Of a DNA stretch of 64,000 nucleotides, positions 1 to 13,299 are shown piece after piece. The notes beneath the pieces were generated by a model, which searched no databases, had not been told where the DNA came from, and was given only the letters and a program-made list of their open reading frames with translations. This stretch comes from Hydrolagus colliei (taxonomy: Eukaryota). The number at the start of each line of letters is the position of its first letter. Position 1 is the first letter of the stretch. The stretch covers positions 186,001 through 250,000 of the forward strand of contig CM068758.1 in the NCBI GenBank assembly GCA_035084275.1, given 5' to 3'. A program made the position numbers and the translations under genes.

Positions 1-313
1 ATGTAGATTACAAACAGCAATGGTCCCAAAACTGATCCCTGTGGCACACCACTGCTCACTTCCCTCCAATCTGAAAAACAGCCGCTCACTACAACTCTCT
101 GCTTCCTGTCTCGCAGCCAGTTGTGGATCCACGCTGCCACTGTCCCTTTTACTCCATGGGCCTTTAATTTCATAATAAGTCTCTCATGTGGCACTTTGTC
201 AAATGCCTTTTGAAAGTCCATGTAAACTACATCAACTGCGCTACCATTATCCACCCATTCCGTTACCTCATCAAAAAATTCTATCAGATTTGTAAGGCAA
301 GATTTGCCTTTAA
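1..313 (-). mobile_element. CR1-clade LINE fragment (reverse transcriptase region), 5'-truncated, continues beyond window start
   Basis: Minus strand reads ...VDVVYMDFQKAFDKVPHERL...WLRDRKQRVVV...SSGVPQGSVLGPLLFVIY, typical CR1 ORF2 RT motifs. Confidence 0.9.
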
Positions 314-351
314 CAAATCTTGCCTTACAAATCTGATAGAATTTTTTGATG
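269..351. repeat. Perfect 38-bp inverted repeat with 7-nt spacer at the CR1 5' junction
   Basis: 269-306 catcaaaaaattctatcagatttgtaaggcaagatttg is the exact reverse complement of 314-351. Confidence 0.9.
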
Positions 352-390
352 TCAGGTAGTTTTGCAGGTGTCTCCTGTTTTTCTTTTATC

Positions 391-585
391 TATTAAGGTC
401 TAACTTAACAAGGTCTAACTTAACAAGGTCTAACTTAAAAAGGTCTAACTTATTAAGGTCTAACTTATTAGGGTCTAACTTATTAAGGTCTAACTTATTA
501 AGGTCTAACTTATTAGGGTCTAACTTATTAGGGTCTAACTTATTAAGGTCTAACTTATTAAGGTCTAACTTATTAGGATCTAACT
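391..585. repeat. 15-bp minisatellite, 13 copies (consensus TATTAAGGTCTAACT)
   Basis: Head-to-tail 15-mers with variants TAACAAGG/TAAAAAGG/TATTAGGG; no spacers. Confidence 0.95.
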
Positions 586-2315
586 TTCAAATGCAAACGT
601 CCAACTGAGACTAGCTTTAACCTTAAACTAGTAATGTCACAAATGGCTTTCTTATCTGATTGTGAAGCATAACACTCGTCACACCGTTCAGCTATTGTGT
701 TGTCGGGTGGCTTCTCTGATTTGTGTTTTTTCAACTGGTTCTAATGCACGTCTTTTGAAATAATTCTCAAGATGATTTGTGAGATCAAGAAATGTTGAAA
801 GGGTGAGAGATGGGAATTTTGATCTCTCTCTACCCTACCCTGCCCTACACAGTGCAGCATCAAGTGGATTCTTAAATGACTACAATGTCCAGGCTTCAGT
901 CACCCTTCCTGTTAACTCCATTTCACTGCAACCACTACTACTAATAACAATCCTTACATTTGATATAGCACTTGTCACGTCTTCTAGACTGTATCTCAAA
1001 GAGCTTCACAGAATGTCCTGTGATTAACCCAGCTCATGACATGTGTCACCCTAGCCTAGTTACCCTCTCACCTCACCTCTCAGTCAGTTGGCTGTGGGTT
1101 CCATTCCCTCACGTTAGATGTTTGAGCTGATATTGTCTAGACAGACACCGCGCTGCGGAGAGATTCACACGAGGAAACATTGAAACCAAGTTAGCATCTT
1201 TGTCTGTTCAGGTGGAAGCAAAACATCACTGTTAGTCCACAGTGTCTCGGACATCCTCCCGACGAGGAAGGGGCTCTGTAAAATATAATTTTGTGGCTGT
1301 TTGTTGCTGTAAAGAGAAGTGAGTTTCTGCCGATGTCCAAGCCTATGAAACCCAGTAATAATAGAATTGGTTATTGTCTGTGGCTTTGCACAAACTGGTT
1401 GTGGACCTCACGTTACTGTGTAGGTCTGATCTTTTCATCTTGTAGCATGAGGGAGTGGGGAAGGGAAAGTGGGTGAGGAGAAAGAGCAAAGGTTCAGTTA
1501 GTTTGTTTAGTGAGGAGCAGATCCACACACACACACACACACACACACTGAATATCCTAGAGTAGATTCCTGGTTGATCTCAGGGAAGGCAAAACTCAAA
1601 GGCTAAATCTCTCAAATTTCTTGTTTTTTTGTCATTTTTGTGCAGAAAGATGTGGTTACGTAGATATTAGGTGAGTCAGGATGGAGTTCAGTTGCGCCGT
1701 CTCTCTCCCACCTCTTATCAAAATAGTCTTTCCACACTCACCACCAAAGATATGCACATGAATAATAGGCTAATGGGGGTGTGGAAGGAGTTGGGACATG
1801 AATTAAACAGCCACCCGTGACCGATAGTCATTTTTTTCTTTTAAAAAAAAGGAAGTCAAAGTCCCTTCAAGGGAAAATGAAAGATTGGTGCCGAGAATTG
1901 GCAAAACTGAATTAAAAAAATAAATTAAACTGAAGCTTTGGAACAAGCTTAAAAATTAACAAGTGGGTGAAACGTCACAAAGAATAATAATAATAATAAT
2001 TATTAATATAATAATAATAATTATTATTATTATATTAATAATAATAATCCTTGCATTTAATACTTTACCCTACTTACATGCCAGACTCGCACAAGTCTCA
2101 AAACGCTGCACAGAATATAAATGTAAAGTGAATTGACTGTTGTTCAGTGATTTAATTGTTTATTGAAATGATAAGTGCTGTATCTGGCTGAAGGTATTTG
2201 GCATAGCCTCAGGGCATGAACCTTCTCTCTGTGCTAGTGTCAGAACTGCTGCTGGGTGTGCGCTGGAAAGGCACTTTACATTGGAACAGACGCACCAACC
2301 ACACCTTTAGCTTCC

Positions 2316-2434
2316 TATAAAGTGATATCTGTGAGTGAGGAATGTAGCCACATCCACTCACACAGAAGAGCTCTCTCCTCTCCTCTCCTCGCCAATACAG
2401 AGTGCTCTGTTGGCTCGCACAAGTCACAAAGCAG
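2316..2434 (+). promoter_or_regulatory. Putative TATA box and non-coding first exon of mesothelin-like gene A
   Basis: TATAAA at 2316-2321; consensus donor CAG|GTAAGC at 2434/2435; the same arrangement precedes paralogue B. Confidence 0.5.
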
Positions 2435-3919
2435 GTAAGCAAGAATAATCATTTATGGTCAATTAACAGCATTTTACATTCAGTAAGTCAAAAAGCCATT
2501 GCTGGGTTCAGAGGAAGAAAACGTGTTTGGCTGAGACGTGATTGTCTTCATTGGCTGGTAAAGAAACTTTGGATCTGCAGGTTTGTTTTGCATTAGGCTA
2601 GTAAACTTTGTAAAGTTCCAATTATTTAAGATGCCCAGAGATGTGGGGATGTTGCTGGTGTCCAGAGTAACTGTACCGTTCCAAAATATAATCATATTAA
2701 TAGTAATCCTTGCATTTTGATATTTGAGCCGTATCATGTCATCGAGACATCTCACAAAGCGTTTCACTGGCTATCGTGTAAAGTGAATTAATGTATGTTT
2801 TGTGGCTGGAAGAATTCCAGCTTCTGAAATCTATTACATTGACTTCTCTAACCTGTGTTTAATGACTGGCTCTCAGTCAATTACAGTTACTGTGATTCCA
2901 GCTCGATCTTGTGATATTACTGATTTTAATTGAAACAAACGCTGCGAGAGCGCGCACTCAGTGAAACCAAACGTTAAGCAAACTGCAGTTACCGGTTAAG
3001 GATCTTCCCGTTGTCCTTTCTTCAGCTCTTGTCATTGTTTTGAATGAAAAGTATAAACCATTGACGCCTGTGCCTCGAATTCATTCTCATGAAAGACGAG
3101 CTGGAATACAGTCGTATCAAATTTATCCGACTTATTAAGGACTAAATCCCCGGAGGGTTGACTTGGGAGTTTGAATACTTGTATTACCTTTGTGACACTA
3201 TCCCTATGTAACTCAACCGTGAAGGATAGATGTTCTGCTTTACTGAAAAATCAGTCATTTCAGCTCAGATCTGAGCTGGATGATTTGTGTTGGGAGCTCA
3301 GCAATCACATTGACCTGAATAATTCTCAACCACTATTGATAATGATGCAACGAGCGGTAACTAGCCTCTCTTAAAGAGAGTGTACAATGTTGGGGTCATC
3401 ACTCACCGAATGTAGGAACAATAAGATGAGGAAAAGGTTCTGACGCCTGCCAGGGTTAGAGTTCCCCCCCCACCAATATCCACTGAGAACCTCCCCAGCT
3501 CTTGTGGTTCAGTTGGCATCTGTACAGCCAGTCACTGGCACCAGCAGAGGATGGGAGAAAGTAGAACCAGTTTTCCAATTTTACCGTTTGAGGCCATTTT
3601 ATTATTATTATTATTTGGTGTAACCGGAAGCCTGAGAGGCCCAGGAAAATAAAGAGGCTAAATAAACACCCAGGACCTGGCAGACCTGTTTATATCACAC
3701 ACAAACACACGCTTTAATAACCTGGCATGTGTTGGCACGGTCTTCGGATTGAGAAACTAGGCCTAGAGGCTCTCAGGCCTCTCACATAAGGAGTAAAGAC
3801 AGGATGGGCTTTAACATGGAAGCTGGAGCTGTTTGTTGCTATGATGATTGTGACCCTGGATTTTCTGTTCCAGCAAATTTACAGTTTTGGAACTACCCGG
3901 TCCCCACCCACAGATTACC

Positions 3920-6900
3920 ATGTACAAGGCAGTGTCTCCCGATCGCTCACTGTGGCTAAAGATTGTGACAGTTACTGTCACCATTGGTAAGTCTCTCTCT
4001 GTACTCTGGCTGCACCCCAATTGTTCTCTCACTTCTCTGAAGAGTGAGTTAAGTGAATGGTTCTAACCTAAGGTTTCAGCTGTACACTACAATTTACATT
4101 TTACTGCGCCTTTCAGGTCAGGAGAACATCTCAAAGTTGCTTGTCAACTCTGGCTGGGCTGAGGGGTGGCAGACACACGCAGTGAGGAGGGGAATGATGA
4201 TGGAACGCTCAGTCAAAGTCAAGCAATTACATATTTTTTATATCAATATATTTTTGTGACCCTAAATCTAAATATTATCATTGTCTCAACTTCACTCTTG
4301 TAGTTAATATATGGGACGTGGATATTTCTCCAGAACCCAAATTGTTGGTTGCAAATTGCATGGTATTGGGAAACTGCACAGACCAGTAAAAGGGAAACAC
4401 AATAGTCTAGTAAAATCTCCCAAATTCTTCTACGAGAAACTGTTAAAGCATTGGTTTGATGAGGAGCCAGCGCTGACACAAGCATATGGCATGCGAGGTT
4501 TTGATATTATCTAGATCCGAGGGAAAACTCCCACAAAAACATCTCCTTCAGAGGGTAGAGCAAGGCCTGTGTCATGTCTGGCCAACACACATTTGTGCTA
4601 TCGTCAGGAGAGCTGATTAGAAGAACGGTTGAATGCCAACATTCCATTGAGCGGGTTGCCATTGATGTTCTCAGCCAAAGACACATTCACACCCTAGCAA
4701 ACACATACTCGCTCAGGAACAAACTCCCACCAAGGCTTTTCTGCTCTCCCTTGACCTCTACTAATGTAATACTAATGTAACAACAACAAAATGACATTTG
4801 TAAGCGCCTTTCTGATTGGTGATTCTCACCAATAGACTTGACGACATTGTTCTGTGGTTTGTGTTAATTATTGACATTATTATTATTGTGTGTGTGTGCG
4901 TTTGGTTTAACACATCATCCTAATTTTGTTTTTTTCAGGTTTCTTCCTTGTGCTGACTTGCAGTGCTCAGCCGGTAAGAGTGATTCTAGACCTTCCCTTG
5001 TCCAGCAGAGAGAAGCGCGATTTAAATCTTCCGTGGCTCTGTGTGCTAATGTGGGTGACGTGTTTGAACAGATGGGAGATACGGCCATTCTCTGCCTTAG
5101 CGGCCTGTTTGTTAATGATCCCTTTATACAATAAAAACACCACCCGGTAAACAACAGCAACACCAAATTTCATTTGTGTCAATTCTCATGTTTCTGTTAA
5201 AATCAGGCGTTCGCACTCTCTCTCTATGAGAAACCAGCTTTAGCTCAATGTACTAATATAGTAATGGCTTGCTGGGTTAGCAATATCAATAATAATGCCT
5301 TCTACGTTGAGAGGACGTCTCAAAAATGACTCACAGGGTACGCTGTACATTTGAACGGCCTCAAATAAAACGTGATTTAACAGTTGCGATTGTTTCCCCC
5401 CCCCCCCCCTGCTCTGTTAGGCTTTGTTGAGGAAAGAATCCCAAAGTGCACTCAAAATGCTGGTGAACAGAAGAGAGAAGCGAGCTGGTATGTGTTCAGT
5501 AGCAGTGACCTGGGGTGTGGTCGGACGCTTGTTTGAACGGCAGGGCTGTGGCCTGTTTACCATGACTCTTACAACTTTATCAATCACTCAACCCATGACT
5601 GTTTGTGGTGGGGATGTGCAATTGGCTGCTGCATTCCACCCACAAAATATACAGTTGGGTTCACTTGACAGTACGTCTCCTGAGACGTGTCAACGACGTG
5701 ATAAAACTCCGTATCAAATACTATTATTATTATTATTATTATTATTATTGCCTTTTGAAAATCCAGTCAGGTCTATCCCGCCTGCCACACTCGGTATAGG
5801 CCTCGTCCACTGATCGAGTTTGTTCCACAAGAGACATTGTCCACTCCCTTCAGAAGAGGGCGTTGATGGCATCTGTCTAATGGTCTGAGCCCAGAAACCT
5901 CCAACCAACTCGCTGACCAACACCCAGCCTGATTATCACTTCTGTGCTGTGTGAAGAAACGAACCTCACAGGCACTTTTGGTCTTTCACTTTGGTTTCTC
6001 AGTGAAGGAAACGTTCCAGGAATAGATGTGGTGAAATTGATCCGTCCTCACTCAAACATTTTCTGTGACATTTGAAGTCAGAATGTAAAAGTGATCCTAA
6101 TACTATGCAAAACCTCACTGGGATGACAAACCAACTTCCCGTCTGAGAGTTAGTAATCAGTGAACACTAAGATCCCCAACCTTTTATGCATTTGCTGGTC
6201 TTGCCAGATGCCAGTGATATACTCAACATTCACTTTAGGCCATTTTTGCTGCCTGGCTCCGTTTCCCCACGTCAGAGGTGTGAAGCTCTAACTGAGCCTC
6301 AGGCTAGTTACAATGCAACTCAACTGGTCTTGTTGTGAGGGCCCATTAAAATAATTCGCACCTTTCCTTTGCACAAATATTTTTTAAGAGTTTGTTTTGA
6401 TCCCCATTATACCTTGTGCGGACATGACATGAAAGGTGTTCTATGAAATCGCAGGATCATTATTATGTGGTTATTGTTATTTCATCATGATGAGATTAGC
6501 CCTAATTATACTACAGCAACAAGCACCCACTCTTAAATACTGCGTAAATACCGATTGCATGGACACAGATTGAAAGTGTTGATCAGTAACTTGTGAGGGT
6601 TCCAGAGCTCTGTGAACATGACAGTGAGATACATCACTTCTGCGAAGAGATTATTGTTGGTGCCCCATTAATCGTGTAAAATGAATGTTCTCTTGTGTTC
6701 ACAGTTTGCCAAAGGGGCGTCATAACTCCCCAGATGACCGGCAACTTATTGCTGCCCATCGATTACCCCGTTGCCGATTTAGACCCATGTTTGAGTGATG
6801 AAGTCCTGGTGAACAACCTCACCCAACTTGGAAATTTGGCCTTTAACGTAGACCAACTTCAGGTTCTGAAGAGGAGGTTAACTCAGGTAAACACAGCCTC

Positions 6901-9900
6901 AAAACTACTATGGACCTCAGCGTGGAACGTGATTGTCCGCCCGCAAATACACGGTCAATAAAATGGACTTGGTTGTCCATCGTGTCTGCATCACTGCTGT
7001 CTACACCATCGGCAGACAACAGATCCCAACGTACATCAGTCATGGTCTAGGAAGTGCTTTAGGGGGAACTCATTGACATGTAGAAAGTCTTACATGTAAT
7101 TAGAAGAGTTCAAGTTAAAGCTTAATACATATTTCTTTATAGAATCATAGAATATTGCAGCACAGAAGGAGGCTGTTCAGGCCGGCTCTTTGAAAGACCT
7201 GCCCAATGAGTCCCATTGTCCTGTTCTTTCCCGATAGCCTTGGAAACGTTTCCTTTTCAAGTAAATAACCAATTCCCTTTCGAAAAAGTTAGTATCCATC
7301 CTCGTTCAGGCAAGGCACAGGTTCAGTTACAACTGTGAGTTCTTGCTACACATTCTTGTTTGTGAGTGCGGCTGGAATATTAATCCTTGTGTCTTCCTGG
7401 AACAGTTATATCCCAGTGGGCTGCCACAGGAACAGCTCAATGAGTTGGGTTATATAATCACTGTGTACGGCCCGGAGGATGTCAGCAAGTGGAATATAAC
7501 AGATCCGGACATTCTGGCCTCCGTCCTGCAGAACACCCCCACTCCCGAAATGGTAAGTCTGACACGTGTCTGACGCACTGCGTTTGAAGATTTCATTCAC
7601 AGAGGATCATTGTCGTCTATCTCGCTGGAAATGGGTTTTAATGCAAAATATTCACGTAATATTCACATATAACCGGCAGTCCAGCACAGTGAAGTTACCT
7701 AAATAATAGATCGTTTGTAAGTGAACTGTGTTCACTTAATGTAGGTTTACAGCTACATTATTATCTATATTACTGAAACTTGTTAGTTCAGTGGAGGGAG
7801 AACCGAACATTAATAACGAGAAAAATAACAGTTACTATAAAAGTGAATCCCATTATCTGAATTGAATAGAAAATATACTCGGGTTTTGCTGTTGGTGGGT
7901 GAAAAGGGTAATAAATTAATTGCTCTTTCATCGTATTTTTATTTCAGACGAATATAATTGTTTCAAACTATTTTCGAGGGTCTGGGCTGCTGAACGCGGC
8001 CTCACTGAACGCAATCGGTGGCGATCTGCTGTGCACGACCAGCGAACAGAGACTCAGAACCATCCTTCCCTCCGAACTCAAGTAAGAGTTAAACCATCAA
8101 CATTGTGGTTGTGTTAGAGATTGTCGCTGTGTTTACTGAACACAGCCCCACCTCTCAGCACAGAAATGCAAGGATTATTATATTATTATTATTAGCATCA
8201 TTAATTCCAATAAATTACAACTCTCATAATCATTGTGTTATAGAGATGCCAACCCACTCAATATCACGCTGTGCACCCAGCCCAAGAAAGACATTGTTTA
8301 CGACATCGCAAAGAATGCTTTTCAGGACAGAACGGGCAAACTGAGCGCCAACTACAATCGGATCCGTTCGTATTTGGGTGAGTTTCACTCCAGGCCCTGG
8401 CTTGATGGCGCAATGCAGTGTCGTGGAAGGGAAATTGCTTCAGGAATTACACGATTCGCTGCCGCCGTGAAGCAGTAGTAGTGAGAGACAAGATCTCTCG
8501 GTGGGGAGGGAGCCCGTGCCTCTCTCCACATTTGCTAACCAATCGCTCGCTCAATCGTGTCCGGGTGTCACACGGTAAATTTAAACTTATGGCGTTGGTT
8601 GTGTAACCTTATCGCAGTGTCGTAACTCGGCAGGGTTTGCTGTTTTCCTTCCCCCCCTGTAGGTGGAGCGCCAGCAAGTGATCTGCAGGGTTTAGCCAGA
8701 GACAACGTCAACATGACCGTTGAGACATTTTTGAAACTCAACCCAGCAGAAGTGATTGTACGTACCAAGGGATATAAATGGTGTTTATTAACTTGCGCTC
8801 ACTTTGCGAACCCCCGAGCGGCTTAACTTGCTCCAGGGCCCGTCCAACAAGGCACGAGACATTTTTAAACTACCGGTATATATTCCGTTACTGTTTGTGG
8901 GACACGACTGTGCGAAACTGGCTGCCGTGTCCTGCCCGCGAAAATACAGCCTCAATTGACTTGATGGTGTATTTATTCTATGAAGTATTTTGTGACGTCT
9001 CAATTACTGAATAAGGCGCCGCATCCAATGCAAGGATTGTTATTGTTATTATTATTATGATGATTATTTGATAAATTTTCACGATGATATTCGATGAGAG
9101 GATGTCTCAGACCATGATAGAGGATGTTGCTGATGTTATGTATCGTTGGCCTGGTTTCGCTTTCAGAAACTCTCTGCTCGGGATGTGAGGGACTTGCTCG
9201 GAGTGAACCTTCCCCAACTGAAAGACTACGAATTCGACCCGTTGGTGCAGGTCTGGGTTAGAACCCACAGCCGTGCCGAGGTGCAGAGCCTGGGAATCGG
9301 GCTGAGTGGAGGACAGCCGTCAGCGGAAGATTTTGAACTTGGCCATCACAGTTTTGAAGAAGGTGCGTAGCGCTCGCTCCGTCCATCTTCCTGTGGCTCG
9401 GTGGGTTAGAGCACTTGTCTTGCAAGCTGGGCAGACCAAGCCGGGGAGACCTGTGTTCGAATCCAGGCAGGTCAGGGCGAAACCTTGGGGAAGTTTCCTT
9501 ACTCCACACACACACACACACGTCTAATAATAATCCGTCCAAAAATATATTTTTTTGTGGGCGAATCCACAAATTCGCCCACATACACACAGTCAATTCA
9601 CTTTACAGTATATTCTGTGTGAAGCGCTTTGGGACGTCGATAAGATGTGAAAAGCCGCGATATCAAAAGCCAGGATTATTATTATTATTATTTTCTCTGC
9701 TTTGCGCTGCCACAGAGAGTGGGTGGCAACCACAGCTTTTACACGATGCCCACACAACAAACATACAAACGCGCACACAGTGTATTTGTGTACCAATACA
9801 CAGTCACTACACTCCACGGTAAAGTCCTGTTTGAGTGCTTTCAGAGGCCATTCAGGCCAACATCATCACACACTACACTTAAACGCAAGGATCGTTTCGA

Positions 9901-10258
9901 TGTTGTAACACAGACAGCCAAAAGTATTTAATTTCTAAGCATTTTCAGTCTTAGTGTATAGGTGCCTAACAAATGGTCTCAAAGCCAAACTTGCACATAC
10001 ACACATCACATAATCTTCCATTTACACCTATACACACACGTACACACACCCACACATATGAAATGCACAGCTGTGAATCTTTTCTCAGCATTAGCAAAGC
10101 TGAACAAGTCTCAAAGGCAATTGACAGCGTGTGATTTGGGTTATTTTTATTTTTCAGGCCTCAATTCAGGGCAGAATTCAGCTTCCAGCGAACGTGTGAG
10201 TCTCCAGTCCTCGTTCCTGGTTGGAGTGATAATCGTTGGATTACAGAGAATACTGTAA
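3920..10258 (+). CDS. MSLN: Mesothelin-like GPI-anchored protein, paralogue A (385 aa; signal peptide + short propeptide + furin site + mature mesothelin domain + GPI signal). Coding exons: 3920-3986, 4939-4973, 5421-5487, 6705-6886, 7406-7552, 7948-8081, 8244-8377, 8663-8757, 9167-9362, 10158-10258
   Basis: All junctions are GT-AG with consistent phases (1158 nt). Translation: MYKAVSPDRSLWLKIVTVTVTIGFFLVLTCSAQP ALLRKESQSALKMLVNRREKR AVCQRG...DPCLSDEVL...QLQVLKRRLTQ LYPSGLPQEQLNELGY...PEDVSKWNIT...SYLGGAPASDLQGLARDNVNMTVETFLKLNP...QSLGIGLSGG...FLVGVIIVGLQRIL*. This matches recalled mature human mesothelin motifs (LYPQGYPESVIQHLGY, PEDIRKWNVT, FLGGAPTEDL, NVSMDLATFMKL, LGLGLQGG). Exact orthology (MSLN vs MSLNL) is not resolved. 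Confidence 0.88.
7141..7310 (-). mobile_element. CR1-like LINE 3' end remnant (intron of gene A)
   Basis: agaatcatagaatattgcagcacagaaggaggc...: reverse complement of an ATTCTAT-type CR1 3' tail. Confidence 0.6.
9391..9690 (+). mobile_element. tRNA-derived SINE with L2-like 3' tail
   Basis: A box (tggctcggtgggttagagc), B box (gttcgaatcc), body gcgaaaccttgg...gtttccttactcc, 3' gtgaagcgctttgggacgtc...ggattattatt tail; many homologous copies in the window. Confidence 0.85.
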
Positions 10259-10645
10259 AGGGGAACACAGACAGACAGACAGACACGGCCAGATCTGACC
10301 TCCTGGCTATCAAAACTTAGTGTTGAATGTTAATGTTTGAAATGAAAGTGAAAGTTGAATTAATGAATATAATTGTTAGCAGCATTAACTGAATCCCGTT
10401 TATAGCAATGTTATTTAGACGAGCGAGGACAAGTGAGATTCCTTCACTAGCGGTTGCTAATCAATGTTAGATTATTTTGTTTTATTGCGAGTTTGTACTT
10501 TTCAGGTGGTTGTTAAAGATCCCAATTAATACACAACGAGGGAAAAGGAAAAGAGAGATTTGGTCATTCACTTCACGGCTGTTCGTGGTTCGCTTTGCTT
10601 TGCGCAAAATGGCATTTGTCCACAAAAAACTTCACTACTCAACAG

Positions 10646-11573
10646 CAGGGTCCGTCGATATGGAAATTTTCCGATTAAATATATCGATGGGCTCATATCG
10701 AGATATACCGAAATATCGATATGTTCGGGTTTTTCGTACTGCGCATGCGCGTTCGGCACGCACATTCGGGGCCTATCTTCTCAGGAGTTAAATATCTTTC
10801 TCTCTCTGTCTCTCACTCTCTCCATCTCTGTGTTTTTCTGTCTGTGTCTCTATGTCTCTCTCCCTCTCTCCTCTCTCACATCCCCCTCCATCTCTATCTA
10901 TCTGTATATTATCACATCCACCCCGTCTCTCCCCCCACCCCGTCTCTCCCCCCACCCCGTCTCTCCCCCCACTCCCCCGCTGTCCCTCTCTCGCACCCCC
11001 CCACCCCCGTCGTCTCTCTCCCCCACCACCCCCCCAGCCGTCTCTTTCTCCCACACCCCCCAGCCGTCTCTCTCCCCCCCACAGCCGTCTTTCTTCCCAC
11101 AGCTGTCTCTCTCCCCCTCTCCTCCCCCCCAGCCGTCTCTCTCCCCCTCCCCCCAGCTGTCTCTCTCCCCCTCTCCTCCCCCCCCCCAGCCGTCTCTCTC
11201 CCCCTCTCCCCCCCCCCACAGCTGTCTCTCTCCCCCTCCCCCCAGATCTCTCGCTCCCCCTCACCCCTCCCCAGCAGTCTCTCTCCCCCTCACCACCCAC
11301 CCCCAGCCGTCTCTCTCTCCCCCCCACCCCTTGCATACCTGTATATTGTATTCGAGGACTATGAATACAATATGGCGGCTTTGCACCTCGGTCTGTGCAT
11401 TGTGTATAGAGATGAGCATTCTGGGTCTTGTAGTTCAGTGTGTGGCATCCCGATTATTTACCTCGATATATCGACTTTTCGGTATATCGATATGTTTGAA
11501 ATGCCTATATCGGCGTATCGATATGAAAATTATATCGGGTTTTAGCGATATATCGATATATCGCCGGACCCTA
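10646..11573. mobile_element. Non-autonomous hAT-superfamily DNA transposon with internal C-rich minisatellite
   Basis: 16-bp TIRs CAGGGTCCGTCGATAT / ATATCGCCGGACCCTA (2 mismatches); perfect 8-bp TSD CTCAACAG at 10638-10645 and 11574-11581; subterminal ATATCG/CGATAT repeats. Confidence 0.88.
10795..11330. repeat. CT-rich low-complexity tract and C-rich minisatellite (ccccagccgtctctctcccc-like units)
   Basis: Seen directly; explains the Pro/Ser-rich and Gly-rich spurious ORFs. Confidence 0.9.
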
Positions 11574-11989
11574 CTCAACAGTAATTAGCTAAAAGGCACT
11601 TTGAGACATCTAGACATTGTAGATGCAAAAGCATTTATTACTATTATATTATTGTTGTTATTATTATCTATTTAGGTAATCTACAGGACAACTTTCTCCT
11701 GATAGTCTTGAAGTCAAACCGTTTCCATTTTATGTGTGTTTTTGTTTTGAGGAGTGAAATTGTATTTAAAGCTGCGTTTATAGGTGAGAGGATTGTTGTT
11801 CGTGCAGTTCGGAATGTAGACTAGAATGTGCATCAGAAAAAAATATGAAATTTTGACATTGTTATTTAAGTTAGACTTTTACCTTCAGTCACTGCCTTGC
11901 AGGTGACTTGTGAATAAAAAATAAATGTGTTAATGTGTTATTGAGGCAACGGATGGGACAATTGTTCTTACAGTAAAATTGCCAATTGC

Positions 11990-12570
11990 CAGGCTCCCTG
12001 TCCCGACGAGGATCGACTTCAAGATCCTCACCCTTGTTTTCAAATCCCTCCACTCCTCTGCCCCACCACCCCACCCACCCCCCCACCCACCCCACCTCTC
12101 TGATCTCCTCTCTCCCCAAACCAGCTCCCACTGCCTTCCCTCCTCTGGGTCTGGCCTCCTCCACGTCCCCTCGAATCCTCCGCTCCACCCTCGGCGGCCG
12201 AGCCTTCAGCCACTACCCCCCCGAGGCTCTGGAACTCTCTTCCTCACTCCCTTCCGCTCGCCCCCTCTCTTCCCAGTTTCAGGTCACAGCTGAAGACCTT
12301 TCTCTTCGACCGCGCCTTGGGTCACCTTTCTACCCCTGCCCCTGGCTCCCCCCTCCCTCCCTCTCTCCCCCTGCCCCTGGCTCCCCCCTCCCTCCCTCTC
12401 TCCCCCTGCCCCTGGCTCCCCCCTCCCTCCCTCTCTCCCCCTGCCCCTGGCTCCCCCCTCCCTATCTCTCTGCCCCTGCCCCTGGCTCGGTCCCGGGATC
12501 CGTTATTGTGAAGCGCTCTGAGACGCTGTCTGGCATGGAGGGCGCTATCTAAATTGTTGTTGTTGTTGAT
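11990..12570 (+). mobile_element. L2-clade LINE 3' fragment with internal ~33-bp minisatellite (about 12333-12485)
   Basis: Encodes RLPVPTRIDFKILTLVFKSLH, homologous to the L2 ORF2 C-terminus at 22.9-23.0 kb; ends gtgaagcgctctgagacg...gcgctatctaaa(ttg)n. Confidence 0.85.
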
Positions 12571-12878
12571 GCCAAAGGCGTTATACAAAGGATTGGAGTT
12601 TCGAAGTTTGTAATATCTAGTTGCCAATGGTGGTTGGGTTTCCCAGTTGTCTGTTCATTATTGTAATGATATTTATTTTATTTATTGTGTCACGTTTGTT
12701 TCCCTTTGCCAGCTGAACTATAACAAATCATATATATGTGTGTATATATATATATATATATTTACAATAAAATGATGTATTTTACTGCACAATTCCATTT
12801 GTTTTCACTTGGTTGCTACTTCGTGAGCTTGTTGTGATGAGTCTCAGACAGAGATAAAGCAAACGTACTTTCTCACAG

Positions 12879-13224
12879 AATAATAATAATCCTGGCATTT
12901 GATATCGCGGCTTTTCACATCTTATCGACGTCTCAAAGCGCTTCACAGGACAGACTGTAAAGTGAATTGACTGTATATATATTTGTGGGCGAACCGCGGC
13001 AGCCAATTTCGCACAGCAGCGTTCCCCCCCCCCCCACAAACAATCATGGACTGAAATAACCAATTTTATTATTGTGTGTTTTTTTTTGAGGGATTATTAT
13101 TATTAGGCGTGTGGAGTAAGGAAACTTGCCCAAGGTTTTGCCCTGACCTGACCTGCTTGGATTCGAAAACAGGTCTCCCCAGCTTGCAAGACAAGCGCTC
13201 TAACCACCGAGCCACCGGAGCCCC
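12879..13224 (-). mobile_element. Full-length tRNA-derived SINE
   Basis: Reverse complement of the same family as 9391-9690, with tRNA head and (ATT)n tail. Confidence 0.85.
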
Positions 13225-13299
13225 AATCTATAGAATGCTATGGTACAAAGGTGTTGGCCAAGTCCAGAACTACGCACAGGGTTGGTCAGTATCACTGTC

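Noticed and set aside
391-585. Regular short repeat array resembling a CRISPR locus
   Set aside because: Contiguous 15-mers with no unique spacers, no cas genes, vertebrate context: a minisatellite.
10560-11588. 342-aa and 274-aa Pro/Ser-rich ORFs and the antisense Gly-rich ORF
   Set aside because: Stop-poor low-complexity repeats inside a non-autonomous transposon; no transposase motifs.
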